Shown here in pieces: positions 1 through 8,380 of a stretch of DNA of 37,788 nucleotides (position 1 is the first letter of the stretch; the number at the start of each line of letters is the position of its first letter). The notes below the pieces were generated by a model that worked only from the letters and a program-made list of their open reading frames with translations, searched no databases and was not told the origin of the DNA. A program made the translations under genes and the position numbers. The stretch covers positions 85,495 through 123,282 of IMG/VR virus record IMGVR_UViG_3300020215_000050; one strand, written 5' to 3'. Origin of the DNA: a virus.

Positions 1-750
1 CGAGTTGCCCACGAACACCCGCGCCGCCTCGACGCCGACGTTGGCCCCGACGTTGATCTGGGCCGGTCCCACGGAGACCGTCAGCGTGGAATTGGCCACC
101 GTAAGCGACGTCTGGTTCACGACCGCGTTGACGGTAGAGTTTCCGACGAAGTAGCGGGCGGGCTCGACTACCGAGTTCGCCCCCACGGCCACGGTCCCCG
201 GGCCTACGGTGACCGTGAGGGTGGAGTTGGCCACGGTCAGGGCCGTCTGGGTCAGGTTGTTGTTGACCGTCGAGTTTCCGACCAGGAGGCGGGTCGCGGA
301 GAGGTCGGCGTTCGCGCCCACGGCCACCGATCCCGGGCCTACGGTGATCGCCAGGGTCGAGTTCGACACGCGAAGGCTGGAACTGTTGGCGACCGCGTTG
401 ATCGTCGAGTTTCCGATGTTCAGGACGCCCGATCCGCCCGTGACCGCGAGGATGAAGCTGTTGGAGACGGTGAGGTTGTTGGCGACCTTGTCGAAGACGA
501 AGCCGGCGGAGCCGTTCGAGGCGCCGGAGTCGTTGAACTGGACCTGGGTGTTGGAGCCGGCGGGGGAGACGGAGATGCTCGTCAGGCCCGCGCCGTTGCC
601 GAAGAACCGCGAAGCGTAGACGTTCCCCCAGTAGAGGGTCGTGTTGCCCAGGTCTATGCTGAGGTTTGAGGTCGGCCGGATGTCCGCCGCGACGGACGAC
701 ACGCCCTCGACGTACAGGCCCTTGCGGACCCTAAACTGCTTGTCTGCCAA
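1..750 (-). CDS. Tail fibre protein, 3' end outside window (MADKQFRVRKGLYVEG...)
   Basis: Absent from the ORF track. Read by hand from TTG at 750 with GGGGAG SD at 757-762; open to the window edge. Has a PAGSNTQVQFNDSG fibre motif and 45-aa Asn/Thr/Val-rich repeats. Confidence 0.85.
   Translation of the reverse strand, partial: MADKQFRVRKGLYVEGVSSVAADIRPTSNLSIDLGNTTLYWGNVYASRFFGNGAGLTSISVSPAGSNTQVQFNDSGASNGSAGFVFDKVANNLTVSNSFILAVTGGSGVLNIGNSTINAVANSSSLRVSNSTLAITVGPGSVAVGANADLSATRLLVGNSTVNNNLTQTALTVANSTLTVTVGPGTVAVGANSVVEPARYFVGNSTVNAVVNQTSLTVANSTLTVSVGPAQINVGANVGVEAARVFVGNS
2..418 (-). repeat. Intragenic 135-bp (45-aa) tandem repeat, at least 3 units
   Basis: GAGTT(T/G)CC recurs at 2, 137, 272 and 407. 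The protein unit is approximately VGNSTVNxVxNxxSLxVxNSTLxxxVGPxxxxVGANxxxxxxRxx. Confidence 0.85.
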
Positions 751-756
751 TGGCTA

Positions 757-787
757 CTCCCCGCGCTTCACTGTCCACGCGACGGGG
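757..787 (-). promoter_or_regulatory. RBS-occluding hairpin upstream of the TTG-start fibre gene
   Basis: CCCCG(U)CGC-GUGGACAGUGAA-GCGCGGGG-AG; the 3' arm contains the SD. Confidence 0.5.
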
Positions 788-795
788 TATTTATG
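788..795 (-). promoter_or_regulatory. T4-type late promoter (CATAAATA)
   Basis: 7/8 match to TATAAATA, intergenic, in a GC-rich context. Confidence 0.75.
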
Positions 796-803
796 GCCAA
801 CCC

Positions 804-1496
804 TCAGCGCAGGCTGACCCCGATGATGGGGCCCGGATCGCTCGGAGACGCGGCGGTCGCGGTGATGGTCGACGTCAGTGGACCTGCGCTCAATCCATAG
901 GCGCCGCCGGTCGTGTAGATGGCGTCGTGAAGGTGATCGTAGGCCTCGGTGATGCTTACGCCGAGGGTCGCCGTCCAGGTGAAGCTTGTTAGCACCGATT
1001 CGCCTATTGCCGCAGCGAAAACACCGTTCTCGGGGATGTCCAATGCCCCGCTGGTCCCAGCGAGGCCGAGCGTGTCGAAAGCTTCGTCGGGTTCGATGAG
1101 ATTTTCGACGCTATAAAATGCAACGAACCCGTGGCGCGCGTTGAGATTCAGCGTGAGGGCAAACACCAGTTCGTCGATTCTCTGCGGCGGCTGCGCAAGG
1201 AAAAAGGCAGCGTGCTGTCTATGTCCACCCGTCGTGAAGTCGATCGCCTGAACCAGCCTGGTCGCTGGAACGCCATTGACAGTCAGACTTAGGTCGCCGC
1301 TCGACCCGGTCCCATTCTCCGTCGCCATCCCGTGAACGAGAAGGCGGCTGTTCGGGCCGCGCTTCATGTTTGTGAAGTCCGCGGCTGCATTGAAGGTAAA
1401 GCTATAGGCCACGCCGGCCGAGTTGTCCGTGTCGCTGCGGTTGAGGGCGTGATAAGCGATCGACGGCTTCTGCCTGTGCGTGCGCGCATAGATCAT
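804..1496 (-). CDS. Hypothetical beta-rich protein, probably fibre-associated; atypical codon usage
   Basis: 230-aa ORF coupled to the upstream gene by TAATG; many A/T-ending codons. Confidence 0.7.
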   Translation of the reverse strand: MIYARTHRQKPSIAYHALNRSDTDNSAGVAYSFTFNAAADFTNMKRGPNSRLLVHGMATENGTGSSGDLSLTVNGVPATRLVQAIDFTTGGHRQHAAFFLAQPPQRIDELVFALTLNLNARHGFVAFYSVENLIEPDEAFDTLGLAGTSGALDIPENGVFAAAIGESVLTSFTWTATLGVSITEAYDHLHDAIYTTGGAYGLSAGPLTSTITATAASPSDPGPIIGVSLR

Positions 1497-2026
1497 TATG
1501 ATCGCGGTTCCGAGTGGAGCGTGACCTTGTGCGCCACGGCGGCGAGCGTCACCGTCGTGAGGTTTGTGAGATAACCGAACAGGCTGGTGCCGGAGAGCAG
1601 GACGGGCTTCAAGATTCCGTTCACCTCGCAGTAGAGCGTATCGCCCCAGTCTGTCGGCGCCCCCAGATCAACGAACCCCAGGTAGGAGGCCCTATCGCCC
1701 GAGGGTATGTTGAAGACGTTGTCGTCGGCGATGGCGCTGGGCGGCGTGACGTTATAGAGATGCAGGCGAAAGGCGGAGGCGACCGCCGCGCTGGATGCAA
1801 TCAGCAGGGAGGCGCCCGTGAGCACGATGCGCTTGCCGGAGTTTCCCATGCTCGTAAATTCCTGGGCCGCCCCGACGCAGTCGCCCGCTGCGTGGGAGCT
1901 CGCCGCGGGCGTGAAGTCTGCGCTGGCCGAGAAGGCCGTGAGCTTCTCCTCGACGGAGAGGAGGGTCGGGACCTCCCTCTCGACGCCCTGGGAGTCCAGA
2001 ACCGTGATCGTCGCTACCTCTGCCAT
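1496..2026 (-). CDS. Hypothetical virion-associated protein
   Basis: 176-aa ORF tightly packed in the fibre operon. Confidence 0.75.
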   Translation of the reverse strand: MAEVATITVLDSQGVEREVPTLLSVEEKLTAFSASADFTPAASSHAAGDCVGAAQEFTSMGNSGKRIVLTGASLLIASSAAVASAFRLHLYNVTPPSAIADDNVFNIPSGDRASYLGFVDLGAPTDWGDTLYCEVNGILKPVLLSGTSLFGYLTNLTTVTLAAVAHKVTLHSEPRS

Positions 2027-2027
2027 G

Positions 2028-2171
2028 CTACACTACCTGTCCTACGTACATCGCGTTGTGTTCCTCGCTGAAGTCGAGCTGGTAGACGACCTCGTCGTCG
2101 ACCTCGGTCGAGATGATTATCGCGGTCCCCGTCGAGACGAACTGGGTGACCTCCGTCGTGACTATGAGCAT
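2028..2171 (-). CDS. Small hypothetical protein, 47 aa (MLIVTTEVTQF...LDFSEEHNAMYVGQVV)
   Basis: Below the ORF-track cutoff. TGATG overlap with the upstream gene, fills the gap exactly, normal codon bias. Confidence 0.7.
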   Translation of the reverse strand: MLIVTTEVTQFVSTGTAIIISTEVDDEVVYQLDFSEEHNAMYVGQVV

Positions 2172-2668
2172 CAGACCACCACCAGGCTCCTGACCATCTT
2201 GAAGGTCGTGTTGGCTATCGTCGGGGTCACCCAGAGCCTGAAGTTGCCCGACGCTATGTTGCAGGAGACCGTCATCAGCGACTGGTTGCTGAAGGCGACC
2301 CCGTACTCCTCGTTGTACGCGTTGGTCCCGTCGTGGAGGACGATGAGCTTGCCCACGTGGTAGTCGTTGTTCGTGTTGTCCTTCACCGACACGAAGTACT
2401 CGCCCGACCGGTACGTCGCGATGGCGAAGCTATCCAGGATCTGGGCGTCCGTGTTCGAGCTCGTGTACTCGATGCCGAGGACGACCCCGACCGTGTTCCC
2501 CGAGGAGATGGGCTGGGCGATCTGGACGACCGCGCCGTTGGCGAGCTCCGTGTAGAGCTTGCCGTCGCCCGTGTTGATCGCGAGCTCGCCCGCGGCAAGC
2601 TGCGCCGCCGAGGGTACTACCCCCGCCGTCGTGTTAGCCTTGAGCGTGATCCTGGTTGGGCCGGCCAC
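2171..2668 (-). CDS. Fibre-associated protein with Mtd_N-like N-terminus
   Basis: ITLK...VPSAAQLAAGELAINTGDGKLY N-terminal motif. The C-terminal DSFAIATYRSGEYFV...LHDGT..Y..EYG domain is recognised from T4-like fibre proteins. Confidence 0.75.
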   Translation of the reverse strand: MAGPTRITLKANTTAGVVPSAAQLAAGELAINTGDGKLYTELANGAVVQIAQPISSGNTVGVVLGIEYTSSNTDAQILDSFAIATYRSGEYFVSVKDNTNNDYHVGKLIVLHDGTNAYNEEYGVAFSNQSLMTVSCNIASGNFRLWVTPTIANTTFKMVRSLVVV

Positions 2669-2678
2669 CGGTTATCCT

Positions 2679-3170
2679 CTACCCGGCGGCGTTGCGCCTC
2701 GCCGCCCTCTTGGTCTCGTTGGCCGCGGGTGGCGGCGTTGGGGTGTTCGCTGCGGCGAGCTCTCCCGCGAGCCTCTTCGTCTCGCCCTCCAGTCGGTCGA
2801 CGTCCTCCTTGAGGCGGTCCCTCTCGAAGGTGACCCGGGTGTTCTGGGACTCGGCGTTCTCCGCCCTCTCCCTCCAGCCCGCGAGCTCCTGGCGGAGCCT
2901 GACGGCCTGGGCGAGGTGCTCCTCGATCTGGGCGTTCTGGGACGCGAGGGTCTTCCTCGCCTCGGCGAGCTCGTCGTTTGCGGCCTGGGCCTCGGCGACC
3001 TTCTTGTCGGCCTCCTCGGCGATTGCCAGGGCCTGTCGGCTCTGCTCCTCGAGCCTCTTCGTCACCATCTCGAGCTGGGACTCGAGGAAGAGCTTCTCGG
3101 TCAGTACGGTCTCGAGCAGCGCCTTCTGCTTGTTGATGAAGATCTGGGCAAGCTCGTTGTTGATGTCCAT
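2679..3170 (-). CDS. Coiled-coil hypothetical protein (possible fibre chaperone)
   Basis: 163 aa, E/A/K/R/L-rich heptads; AGGAG SD upstream. Confidence 0.75.
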   Translation of the reverse strand: MDINNELAQIFINKQKALLETVLTEKLFLESQLEMVTKRLEEQSRQALAIAEEADKKVAEAQAANDELAEARKTLASQNAQIEEHLAQAVRLRQELAGWRERAENAESQNTRVTFERDRLKEDVDRLEGETKRLAGELAAANTPTPPPAANETKRAARRNAAG

Positions 3171-3194
3171 AGTCTCACTCCTGTTTCATTACGA

Positions 3195-4736
3195 TTAGGT
3201 GAAGGTGCCGCCGTCGATGTCGTCGAAGACGGGTACGCCGCTGGCGCCGGCCTGCAGGACCTTGCCCTGGGCGCCCGCCGCCGTGACGGCCAGGGCCGCC
3301 GCGTTCTGTCCGTAGATGACGCCGTTGTTGGCGAAGACCGAGACGCCCGTGCCGCCGTCGGGGACGGTCAGGTCCGAGGTCAGGCTGCCGGCGAGGATCG
3401 AGATCTTCGTCGAGTTGGCGAAGAGGGCGCCGCCCGAGTCGAGGACCGCGAGCAGGGTGCCGAGCCTGAAGGTGTTGTTCGCCGTATCGACGGTCGTCGT
3501 CGGCTCGACCTCGAGGTCCTTGAAGAGGGTGAAGATGCCCGAGTTGGAGGCGTCCCTGAACAGGCCGCCGAACTGGGTGACCGACGAGTTGCCCCACTGG
3601 CCGTACATGCCGATGTCGATCGTGTTCGCCGTGCCGTTGTTGATGGCGAGCTCGATCATCGAGTCTTCGACGGAGATGGTCGCGACGTTCAGAGTGACGA
3701 GCGAGCCGTTGACGAGCAGGTCGCCCGAGAACGTACCGTTGACGGCCGTGAAGCCCGCCGTGAAGTTCGCGTTGGCGGTGACGTTGAGGTCCGTGCCCCC
3801 GACGTTGACGTTGGCCGATGTCAGGTTAGTCAGCGCGCCCGACGCCGCCAGGTTGGCGGAGAAGGTCGCGTTCGAGGTCACCGACATGTTGGTGCCGCGG
3901 ATGAACGTGTTCGTCGAGTCGACGTTCATAACGTGGCCCTGGAAGGTCACGTGGGTCGTCGTCGAGTTGCCGAAGATGTTCGCGGCGAAGATCGTCGAGT
4001 TGGACTTGTAGAGCTGGGTGTTCGAGGTGACGGTGACCGTCGTGTCCGTGACGACCAGGTTCGAGGTGATCGTCGTCGTCGTGCCCGCCAGCGCGATGGT
4101 CGCGGACTGGACGTTGGCCACGGACGAGGTGACCTTGACCTCCGTTACCGTGGAGTTGCCCGTCGACAGGATGTTGTTGACGGTCGAGTTGCCGATGAGG
4201 GTCGTGTTGCCCTGGATCAGCGGCACGGTGAGGGTGTTCGCGATCGTGACGTTGTTCGTCGCTTCGTCGAACGTGAAGCCCGGCGAGCCGGAGAACGCGC
4301 CCGAGTCGTTGTACTGGACCTGGGTGTTGGCTCCGCCGGGGGTGCCCGACGTGACGACCTGGACCCACGAGCCGTTTGCGTTGAGGTAGTAGTTGCCGTC
4401 GGTGAACTGGGCGGAGGTCGGGATCGTCCACGTCGTGTTCGACGTGGAGTTCATGACCTTTATCGCCGTCGAGTTGACGGAGAGGTTGATCGTCGAGTTG
4501 CCGACCTTGAGGGCGTTGATGAAGCTGCCCGAGTCGACGACGATGGCCTGGTTGGCGGTGAGGGTGCCGGGGAACCGCCGGCCGGCGATGGCGACGGTGT
4601 TCGAGGTGGAGCCGTCTTCCTGGCCGATGAAGAGGACGCCGCCGTTGGAGGTCCAGACGAGCTCGCCGAAGTTGGTAGCGGGCGGCGTGCCCTGCTCCAT
4701 GGACCTCTTGATTTTAACGGTCGTCGGACCAGCCAT
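3195..4736 (-). CDS. Tail fibre protein (Mtd_N-like N-terminus, C-terminal DGGTF motif)
   Basis: 513 aa, N/T/S/G/V-rich. Contains VKIKRS...GEL, PGGANTQVQYNDSG, GDLLVNG...VEDSMIELA and a DIDGGTFT end. Confidence 0.85.
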   Translation of the reverse strand: MAGPTTVKIKRSMEQGTPPATNFGELVWTSNGGVLFIGQEDGSTSNTVAIAGRRFPGTLTANQAIVVDSGSFINALKVGNSTINLSVNSTAIKVMNSTSNTTWTIPTSAQFTDGNYYLNANGSWVQVVTSGTPGGANTQVQYNDSGAFSGSPGFTFDEATNNVTIANTLTVPLIQGNTTLIGNSTVNNILSTGNSTVTEVKVTSSVANVQSATIALAGTTTTITSNLVVTDTTVTVTSNTQLYKSNSTIFAANIFGNSTTTHVTFQGHVMNVDSTNTFIRGTNMSVTSNATFSANLAASGALTNLTSANVNVGGTDLNVTANANFTAGFTAVNGTFSGDLLVNGSLVTLNVATISVEDSMIELAINNGTANTIDIGMYGQWGNSSVTQFGGLFRDASNSGIFTLFKDLEVEPTTTVDTANNTFRLGTLLAVLDSGGALFANSTKISILAGSLTSDLTVPDGGTGVSVFANNGVIYGQNAAALAVTAAGAQGKVLQAGASGVPVFDDIDGGTFT

Positions 4737-4999
4737 TAGAACGTACCCCCGTCTACCTCGGCCAGCTGACCGACCACGTATTTATCGGTGTCGGCGTCGT
4801 ACTGGGGGATCGCGCCCTCGCTCGGGGATCCCTCGACGACGTCGAGGAGCTGGTCGAACCTGCCCGCGGTGCCGTCGACCCCGACGATCGCCGTGGTCTG
4901 GACCGTGGGCGTGCTCGTCTGCACGGGCCTGAGGATGCCGCCCTGGTTGGTCACGCGGACGGCGACGGACCTGCTCGCCCTCAGGGTCGCGGTAGGCAT
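4736..4999 (-). CDS. Small fibre-associated protein ending VDGGTF
   Basis: 87 aa with an LLDV...GAIPQYD motif; coupled to genes on both sides. Confidence 0.75.
   Translation of the reverse strand: MPTATLRASRSVAVRVTNQGGILRPVQTSTPTVQTTAIVGVDGTAGRFDQLLDVVEGSPSEGAIPQYDADTDKYVVGQLAEVDGGTF
4779..4786 (-). promoter_or_regulatory. Late promoter (GATAAATA) embedded in coding sequence
   Basis: Made of non-preferred codons GAT AAA; about 43 nt upstream of the 513-aa fibre start. Confidence 0.6.
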
Positions 5000-5322
5000 C
5001 AGCGGGTTACCTCCGGCGTTACGGACGCGATGCCCTCGATGAGTCGGGACACGACGCCGTTGGAGTCGACGAGCTCGACGTCATAGACGTACCTGCCCGC
5101 GACGACGTTGGCCGTCTGGTTCGCGGTCAGGCTCAACGTGACGGAGCCGTTGGCGACATTGACGGTGAAGGGGGTGTTCGCCGTGGAGGAATAGTGCTTG
5201 CGGAGCTGGGACCTGCCCGTGTAGCCGGTCAGGTTGAGGGCCGTGCCGGAGTCGTCCTCGACGTCGAAGGCGACGGAGAACGTGGTCCCCTGCTCGATCA
5301 CGATGTTGACCTTGCTGCTCAT
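4999..5322 (-). CDS. Conserved T4-like virion protein (BppU N-terminal-like fibre/baseplate adaptor)
   Basis: NIVIEQGTTF...LNLTGYTGRSQLRKHY...GRYVYDVEL...RLIEG...VTPEVTR pattern. Confidence 0.8.
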   Translation of the reverse strand: MSSKVNIVIEQGTTFSVAFDVEDDSGTALNLTGYTGRSQLRKHYSSTANTPFTVNVANGSVTLSLTANQTANVVAGRYVYDVELVDSNGVVSRLIEGIASVTPEVTR

Positions 5323-5328
5323 GGGACG

Positions 5329-5336
5329 TATTTATG
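5329..5336 (-). promoter_or_regulatory. Late promoter (CATAAATA), probably leaderless transcript
   Basis: Intergenic, 6 nt before the ATG, no SD. Confidence 0.75.
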
Positions 5337-5340
5337 GACC

Positions 5341-5709
5341 TCAGTAGAGGAAGACGTCGGGGCTGCCCGCCTCCGGGTCGACCACTGAGGGGAAGTGCAG
5401 GGCGTTGTCCGGATCCGCCGTGTCGTTCACGACGACGATGATCTTCTTGTTCTCGGCGAAGACCGTGCCCGGGGACGTGCTGATGAGGCCGCCTCCCCCG
5501 TGGGTGTTCTCGTCCTGCTCCACCGCTACGAGCAGGTTGTTGACGAAGACCGTCGACTGGTGGGTGACCACCGTGGTCGCCAGGCAGAAGCGGGCGTCCG
5601 TGTGCCTGTGGGCCTGGAACTGGCCGTCGCCGTCGGCCCCGTGCTCGGGCTGGGTCTGCTTGCCGCCGAGTGGCTGTCCGCCGAGAGGTGAGCTGCCGCC
5701 GATCGCCAT
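5341..5709 (-). CDS. PAAR-like spike tip protein (gp5.4-like) with N-terminal extension
   Basis: AHRHTD.RFC...QSTVFVNNLLVAV..D..THG...VFAENK...D...H......GSPDVF gives PAAR-type repeats with Cys/His ligands. Confidence 0.75.
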   Translation of the reverse strand: MAIGGSSPLGGQPLGGKQTQPEHGADGDGQFQAHRHTDARFCLATTVVTHQSTVFVNNLLVAVEQDENTHGGGGLISTSPGTVFAENKKIIVVVNDTADPDNALHFPSVVDPEAGSPDVFLY

Positions 5710-5710
5710 C

Positions 5711-6955
5711 TTACCAGCAGGTCACCCTGACCATGCCGGCGCCACCTGCGCCGGAATCGCCGATCTCGGCGCCGCCTCCCCCGCCTCCCGGCTGTGAGCC
5801 CGCCGTGGCGTTGTTCGAGTCGTGGGCGCCCGCCCCTCCGTCGCCTCCGAAGAGGCTGTTCCCGCCCGCCGAGCCGCCGGGGGTGCTGTCGACCGAGCCC
5901 CCTCCCCCGCCGGCTCCGCCGTGGACCGAGTTGCCGCCCGTGGCGGGATCCGTAGACGCGCCACCCAGACCTCCGCCTCCGCCTCCGCCGCCGCCGAAGG
6001 CCCCTCCGCCCTCGACTTGGTTGCCGCCGCCCTTTCCGCCCCAGTAGTCGGGCGGCTCCCTATTTCCAGTGGGTGACGTGCCCGAGGTGCCGCTCTGGCC
6101 CGCAGCGGTCGCCCCGGCCCCGGCCCCGCCGCCGCTGTTGGTGGTGACTCCGGCCCCGCCGCCCCCTCCGAATGCTTGGATGAGGGTCGCGCCCGAGCCA
6201 AAGGTGGTGGTGCCGCCCGTGCCGCCTCCTCCGGTCGCTGCCGTCTGGGACGACGCGCCTGCCCCGACGCTGACGCTCTCGGTCGCGCCGAGGTCGGCCA
6301 TCCTGAAGACCTTGCTTACCCAGGCCCCGCCGCCTCCTCCTCCTCCTCCCGGGTTGCCGCTGCCCGACACGCCGCCGGATCCTCCTCCGCCCCACGCCTC
6401 GACGAGGCACATGTTCTGTCCGCCCGAGGGCTTGGTCCAGGTGCCCGCCCCGGTCGCGGTGAACGTCTGGACGTCGACCGTGATCGCGTCCGACGGCGGC
6501 ACTATGTCGTCGATGAGGGCCCTCTTGAGGACCCCGCCCTCGAGCACGAAGCCGTAGACCGTGGCCGAGTCGATGGTGGTGTCGGTCGGCGTCGTCTCGG
6601 AGGGGGTGTCCTCCTTGGTGGCGACGATGAGGACGGTCGCGTTCCCCGAGAGGCTGATCGCCGCGTCGGCGTTGCTGCTCTCGAGGACGGTCCGGGTGAG
6701 GGTCGTGCCCGACGAGGTATAGACGCCCGTGCCCAGCTCCCAGTTGGCCCCGTCGACGATCCTGTAGCGGACCGTCTGGCCGTTGGTGATGCCGCAGTCG
6801 GCGAACGTCTGGGCGCCGAAGACGGCTGTGGTGAGGGTGATCGTGCCGGTGCCGGTCGTCGAGGTCTTCATCCAGCCGTTGTTGCAGAGCTGGACCGCCT
6901 CGGCCTGCACCGAGAGCAGGACGTACGCTACGAGGGCGAGGAGGAACTTCTTCAT
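5711..6955 (-). CDS. Glycine-rich fibre-type protein with signal-peptide-like N-terminus
   Basis: TSTTGTGTITL...WELGTG.Y...TLTR N-terminal domain; TWTKP...VEAWGGGGSGG Gly-rich domain ending GGAGMVRVTCW. Confidence 0.8.
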   Translation of the reverse strand: MKKFLLALVAYVLLSVQAEAVQLCNNGWMKTSTTGTGTITLTTAVFGAQTFADCGITNGQTVRYRIVDGANWELGTGVYTSSGTTLTRTVLESSNADAAISLSGNATVLIVATKEDTPSETTPTDTTIDSATVYGFVLEGGVLKRALIDDIVPPSDAITVDVQTFTATGAGTWTKPSGGQNMCLVEAWGGGGSGGVSGSGNPGGGGGGGGAWVSKVFRMADLGATESVSVGAGASSQTAATGGGGTGGTTTFGSGATLIQAFGGGGGAGVTTNSGGGAGAGATAAGQSGTSGTSPTGNREPPDYWGGKGGGNQVEGGGAFGGGGGGGGGLGGASTDPATGGNSVHGGAGGGGGSVDSTPGGSAGGNSLFGGDGGAGAHDSNNATAGSQPGGGGGGAEIGDSGAGGAGMVRVTCW

Positions 6956-6964
6956 GATGAAAAA
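6948..6964. promoter_or_regulatory. Dispersed pseudo-palindrome copy TTCTTCAT-G-ATGAAAAA
   Basis: 7/8 inverted repeat. The 15-mer CATGATGAAAAAACC (6953-6967) is identical to 32899-32913. Confidence 0.6.
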
Positions 6965-6967
6965 ACC

Positions 6968-8380
6968 TTACTTCTTCTTGGGTTCGGGGGCCGTGTCCCT
7001 GCGGATGTAGACGACCTTCTCGGCCTGCAGCTTCCTCTTCTCGAGGGCGTAGAGCCGGTCGTCGACGTCCTTGATCGCCTCGATGAGGAGGCCGACGAGG
7101 TCGCCGTAGCGGACGGCCATGAAGTTGTCGAGCCCGGCCCCGGCGACGTCCGCCTCGGTGACCGCCTCGGGGACGGCCTTGAGGACCTCCTGGGCGATGA
7201 GGCCGATGCGGATCTTGTCGGAGCCCACCTTCTTGAACCGCCTGCCCCTCAGCTTGCGGACGGCCTCCATCGGGTCGGCGATGTCCTGGACGTCGCTCTT
7301 GATGCGGGCGTCGGAGGTGGTGACGAAGTCCGCCGCGGTGACGACGTTGAACGTCACGTTGGAGGTCGTGTTGATGTTCTGGAACAGGCTGAAGTGGATC
7401 GTGTCGTTGGCGGCAGTCGTCGTGATGACCACGCCGTTGGCGACGGCGAACGTCAGGGCGTCGTTGGACGAGGTGTCCGCCACCACGTTGGACTGGCCCG
7501 AGACGACGATGTGGGCGAAGGTGTTTCCGCCTCCCCCGATCGTGCCCCAGGAGCCGGCCGCGAAGCCCTCGAACTGGTTCGTCTCGTTGTTGTACCGGAA
7601 GTGGCCGTTGGAGCCCGTGGGCCTCTGCGTCGTGTTGCCGACGGGGACGAAGATGGCGTCCGTGCCCGTGACGTGGAGCGAGACGGTGGGGGCCGCGTTC
7701 TTGACGCCGACCCTGTCGTTGGTCGCGTCGACGTAGAGGACGCTGGTGTCGAACGTCGCGTTGACGCCGCCCACGGCGAGGGCGGTCGTCAGGGTGCCCA
7801 GGCCCGTGATGCCCGTGTACGCGCCCGAGAGGCGGGCGGACGGGATCGTGCCCGTGTGGTTGGTGACGGCGAGGAGGGACGCGGCCGTGTTGCCGCCCAC
7901 CGTGTCGGCGTCGATCGTGAAGTCGCCCAGGCTCTGGTTGACCCACTTGGAGGTCGCCGAGTCGTACCTGAGGATGTGGGCGTTGGCCGGCGCCGAGACG
8001 TTGAAGTCGTTCAGGTCGGCGAGGAGTAGCTTGGTGCCGATGAGGCTGAAGTTGTCGGCGGAGTTGACGACGAGCACCCTGTGGGTGGCGTTGCCCGCCG
8101 TGATCATGACGTTGGCGCCGAAGCCCAGGCTGACCCTGGCGACGAAGTGGGTGTTGTCGTGGAACGTCAGGTTCGCCCGGGCGCCGTTGTTGCCGCCGTA
8201 GGCGTTGGTGAAGAAGAGGTTCTTGACCTGGAGGGCGCCGTCGATGACCGCGTTGCCGACGGCCGCGTTGGAGTTCACGGTGACGACGACGTTCGACATC
8301 GCCGTCGCGAGCTCGTTCGTCTTCGTCCGCCAGAAGCTTACGAAGTTGTTGGCATTGGTGTTTGCGACCGCGACGGTCAT
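6968..8380 (-). CDS. Tail fibre with C-terminal peptidase S74 intramolecular chaperone
   Basis: WRTKTNEL N-terminus, PVGNTTQRP...FRYN...FEG motif, TSDARIKSDV...GLIAQEV...VPEAV...LIEAIK coiled coil. Confidence 0.88.
   Translation of the reverse strand: MTVAVANTNANNFVSFWRTKTNELATAMSNVVVTVNSNAAVGNAVIDGALQVKNLFFTNAYGGNNGARANLTFHDNTHFVARVSLGFGANVMITAGNATHRVLVVNSADNFSLIGTKLLLADLNDFNVSAPANAHILRYDSATSKWVNQSLGDFTIDADTVGGNTAASLLAVTNHTGTIPSARLSGAYTGITGLGTLTTALAVGGVNATFDTSVLYVDATNDRVGVKNAAPTVSLHVTGTDAIFVPVGNTTQRPTGSNGHFRYNNETNQFEGFAAGSWGTIGGGGNTFAHIVVSGQSNVVADTSSNDALTFAVANGVVITTTAANDTIHFSLFQNINTTSNVTFNVVTAADFVTTSDARIKSDVQDIADPMEAVRKLRGRRFKKVGSDKIRIGLIAQEVLKAVPEAVTEADVAGAGLDNFMAVRYGDLVGLLIEAIKDVDDRLYALEKRKLQAEKVVYIRRDTAPEPKKK

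Noticed and set aside
1491-1503. Perfect palindrome GATCATTATGATC as a copy of the dispersed motif
   Set aside because: It shares only the CATnATG core, coincides with a TAATG stop/start overlap, and its flanks do not fit.
2171-4736. Diversity-generating retroelement suggested by Mtd_N-like domains
   Set aside because: No reverse transcriptase and no adenine-mismatched TR/VR pair seen in the window.
5711-6400. GCC/CCT triplet runs as a microsatellite
   Set aside because: They encode poly-Gly tracts of the glycine-rich domain.
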